Made by a program: the position numbers and the translations under genes. This document shows, piece after piece, positions 61,751 through 64,000 of a DNA stretch of 64,000 nt. Below the pieces are notes generated by a model, which saw only the letters and a list, made by a program, of their open reading frames with translations, was not told the DNA's origin and made no database searches. Source of the stretch: Candidatus Dormiibacterota bacterium (GTDB taxonomy: Bacteria; Chloroflexota; Dormibacteria; Aeolococcales; Aeolococcaceae); NCBI GenBank assembly GCA_963756075.1, contig CAVWMH010000003.1, positions 21,306-85,305 of the forward strand. Reading direction: 5' to 3'. The stretch's first letter is position 1. Each line of letters begins with the position of its first letter.

Positions 61751-62059
61751 TCAGAGTTGGTCGAGAGCGGCCGCAAGTCGAAGATCGCGCGCAGTGATGC
61801 CGCCCACGTCATGGCTAGACAGCTGCACGGTCACCTTCCCCCATCCCACCAGGAGGTCGGGATGATGGTTCTGTGCTTCGGCAACGGGGGTGAGACGGTC
61901 GACGAACCCCACCGCTGACACAAAGTCTGCGAACGAATACGGCTTGACGAGCTTGCCGCCCTCAACCGACCAGCCGGAAAGGCTCCGCAAGCCCTCGGCG
62001 AGCTCATCGGGGCTCAGGACGCCACGAGGGTGCGCGCGCTCACTCATCCTTGAGCACAT
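61751..62059 (-). CDS. 4a-hydroxytetrahydrobiopterin dehydratase (PCD/DCoH)
   Basis: GWSVEGGKLVKPYSFADFVSAVGFVDRLTPVAEAQNHHPDLLVGWGKVTVQLSSHDVGGITARD. An alternative ATG lies at 62047. Confidence 0.85.
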   Translation of the reverse strand: MCSRMSERAHPRGVLSPDELAEGLRSLSGWSVEGGKLVKPYSFADFVSAVGFVDRLTPVAEAQNHHPDLLVGWGKVTVQLSSHDVGGITARDLRLAAALDQL

Positions 62060-62232
62060 GTTCGCACACAGCGACGAGATGGATCTCGCTCAGGATGACG
62101 ACACAGTCGATGAAAGGGAGGGGATACCCGCCCGTTTGTAACTCGTTCCAGTACCCGTCACGTGACACAGAGTTGCATCGCCGGAGTCGGCTTGCCGGGA
62201 CTGACGTTTCGTTATAGTGAGCAGCGCTGTCC

Positions 62233-63045
62233 ATGAGCGCCTTGGTCGTTGCACTGATCGTCGTCGCCGCCGTGGTCGTGCTTGGTCTTCTTGCATCGAT
62301 CCGCGTCGTTCAGCAGTACGAGATGGGGGTCCACTTCCGCCTTGGCCAGGTGATCGGGCTCCGCAAGCCGGGGCTGCGGCCGATCATCCCCGTCATCGAC
62401 CTGCTGCGTCGTGTCTCCTTGCGCATTGTCACCATGCCGATCCAGTCGCAGGGCATCATCACGCGCGACAACGTCAGCATCGACGTGTCAGCCGTCGCTT
62501 ACTTCAAAGTCGTCGACGCGGTCAAGTCGGTTGTCGCGATCGAGAACGTCAGCGCCGCGATCAATCAGATCGCGCAGACGACGCTGCGAAAGGTGGTCGG
62601 CCAGCACACGCTTGACGAGACGCTCGCCGAGACCGACCGCATCAACCTGAGCATTCGGGAGATCCTGGACGTCACGACGTCGGATTGGGGAGTGGTGGTC
62701 ACGCTGGTGGAGCTGAAGGACATTCAACTCCCGGACAGCATGAAGCGGGCGATGGCCCGTCAGGCAGAGGCGGAGCGCGAAAAACGCGCCAAGATCATTG
62801 CCGCGGAAGGCGAGGCACTGGCTGCGGACAAGCTCGGGATCGCTGCCGACATCATGATGGCCCACCCGGTGGCGCTCCAGCTGCGTAACCTGCAGAGCCT
62901 GGTGGAGATCGGCGTCGACAAGAACACCACTGTGGTGTTTCCCTCGCCAATCATGAGCACGATCGAGGAACTCGCTAGCTTCATGTCCCGCGAGCAGCAG
63001 GCGGGTAGCGAGGTGGTGCACGACTTCTGGTCAGTCGTCCCCTGA
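62233..63045 (+). CDS. SPFH/band-7 (stomatin-like) membrane protein
   Basis: An N-terminal TM helix, then [14 protein letters not shown]...[19 protein letters not shown]...[14 protein letters not shown]...[17 protein letters not shown]. Confidence 0.9.
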   Translation: MSALVVALIVVAAVVVLGLLASIRVVQQYEMGVHFRLGQVIGLRKPGLRPIIPVIDLLRRVSLRIVTMPIQSQGIITRDNVSIDVSAVAYFKVVDAVKSVVAIENVSAAINQIAQTTLRKVVGQHTLDETLAETDRINLSIREILDVTTSDWGVVVTLVELKDIQLPDSMKRAMARQAEAEREKRAKIIAAEGEALAADKLGIAADIMMAHPVALQLRNLQSLVEIGVDKNTTVVFPSPIMSTIEELASFMSREQQAGSEVVHDFWSVVP

Positions 63046-64000
63046 GGGCGTGACGATGAGCCGCACCGGCCGATCCCAGAAGAAGTAGTTCCACCCCCAC
63101 GACCAGAGCGCGAGTGCGCGGCTGCGGAAGCCGACCAGGTAGAGCAGGTGGACGAAGATCCAGATGAACCAGCCCACCAATCCGTTGATATGTACGGGTC
63201 CGATCTGTGCCACCGCGGCGCCACGGCCCACCGTCGCCATGGTTCCCTTGTCGTGGTAGCGAAAGGGGGCGGTCTTCCGGCCCTCGATGCGAGCGGCGAT
63301 CGCTCGTGCAACGTATTTCCCACCCTGGATCGCGACCGGCGCGAGCATTGGCAGCACCGCACCCGCCTCCTCGACAGCCGCCGCATCCCCGATCACGAAC
63401 ACCTCGGGGTGATTGCTGAGGTGCAGAAATGGCGTCACTTTGACTCGTCCACCTCGAGCGAGAGCATCGCCATCGAGCTCGAGCGGTGGCACAGCTCGCA
63501 CGCCGGCGGTCCAGACGATCGTGTTCGTCTCGACGCGTTCGCCGTCATCGAGCACGAGCCCGAGCTCGTCGACGTCGCGCACCGACTTGCCCAGCACGAG
63601 ACGCACCGACTTGCGTTGCAGCGAGCGCGCCGCGAGGCGGCTCAGGCGCGGAGCAAAGCTCGCCAGAACGCGATCCCCGGCTTCGATCAGCACCACTGAG
63701 ACCTCGGTGAAGTCGATGCGCCGGTAGTCTTTCGGCAGGACGTGATTGATCAACTCCGCCACGGCACCCGAGTATTCGACGCCGGTGGGGCCGGCCCCAA
63801 CCACGGCGAACGTCAGCAGGCGGCGGCGAGCGGTCGTGTCGGTGCTGAGACTTGCGCGTTCGAAGCAGCCGAGCAGGCGTGAACGCAGAGCCAGTGCCTC
63901 GCCGAGGTCCTTGAGGCCGATGCTCTGCTTGCGCGCCTTCTCGTTGCCGAAATAGTCGGTGACGCTGCCTGACGCAAGCACCAGATAGTCGTAGTCGACC
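63031..64000 (-). CDS. type II NADH dehydrogenase (NDH-2)-like FAD/NAD(P) oxidoreductase, C-terminal two-thirds (5' end beyond the right edge)
   Basis: The frame is open to nt 64000 (..[12 protein letters not shown]..). The second Rossmann motif is [19 protein letters not shown], followed by VFVIGDAA and a C-terminal amphipathic/membrane segment. It overlaps the convergent SPFH gene by 15 nt. Confidence 0.8.
   Translation of the reverse strand, partial: VDYDYLVLASGSVTDYFGNEKARKQSIGLKDLGEALALRSRLLGCFERASLSTDTTARRRLLTFAVVGAGPTGVEYSGAVAELINHVLPKDYRRIDFTEVSVVLIEAGDRVLASFAPRLSRLAARSLQRKSVRLVLGKSVRDVDELGLVLDDGERVETNTIVWTAGVRAVPPLELDGDALARGGRVKVTPFLHLSNHPEVFVIGDAAAVEEAGAVLPMLAPVAIQGGKYVARAIAARIEGRKTAPFRYHDKGTMATVGRGAAVAQIGPVHINGLVGWFIWIFVHLLYLVGFRSRALALWSWGWNYFFWDRPVRLIVTPSGDD

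Noticed and set aside
1-64000. A window-wide search for tRNA/rRNA genes, IS elements, integrases, att-like direct repeats or toxin-antitoxin pairs flanking the CIS locus.
   Set aside because: None was recognised by eye, so I cannot support calling the CIS region a mobile island. A covariance-model and IS-database scan would be needed to exclude small elements.

Overview
This is a high-GC chromosomal segment (G+C judged by eye, not computed). Its gene content looks Actinomycetota- or Chloroflexota-like: an F420-type LLM oxidoreductase, a DDN-family remnant, a SARP/BTAD regulator and GGAGG-type ribosome-binding sites. I can support about 65 genes. I recognised no rRNA, tRNA, CRISPR array, transposase or integrase. 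The centrepiece, at about 10.9-24.3 kb, is a phage-tail-like contractile injection system (CIS/eCIS). A DUF4255 cap gene is transcribed divergently from the rest. The main operon then encodes sheath, tube, a chaperone-like gene pair, a DUF4157 (HExxH) protein in the tape-measure position, two more tube paralogues, a LysM tube-initiator, a VgrG-like spike, PAAR, gp25, a baseplate-J protein (reading frame broken), a P2-gpI-like wedge protein, and a zinc-ribbon / Pro-rich / TM / discoidin-like membrane protein. There are no capsid, portal, terminase, lysis, tail-fibre or AAA+ ATPase genes. In the slot beside the cap gene, where related loci usually carry the ATPase, sit two paralogous genes. They share a near-identical leader and N-terminal W-rich module but have different C-terminal domains. 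These are my top candidate for undescribed CIS cargo or accessory factors. A MalT-like STAND NTPase with a C-terminal SARP+BTAD module and an atypical LuxR regulator flank the locus. The left 7.4 kb is a decay zone with about a dozen frame lesions in five genes. The right half carries several groups of genes: (1) stress and detoxification genes (1-Cys peroxiredoxin, several VOC proteins, a globin, SRPBCC, DUF1801); (2) an HAD-GH65 fusion plus a GT4 glycosyltransferase; (3) DUF899/ArsR/DUF1326/DUF2182; (4) a WxL-like/DUF916-like surface-protein pair translationally coupled to a REC-HD-GYP-REC-LuxR protein and a hybrid histidine kinase; (5) a compact putative cAMP module (MFS-cNMP fusion, MBL-fold hydrolase, zinc-ribbon adenylate cyclase-STAND-TPR); (6) a sedolisin-type peptidase, PCD, an SPFH protein and a partial NDH-2. 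All family calls come from motif recognition by eye, and no database search was run.
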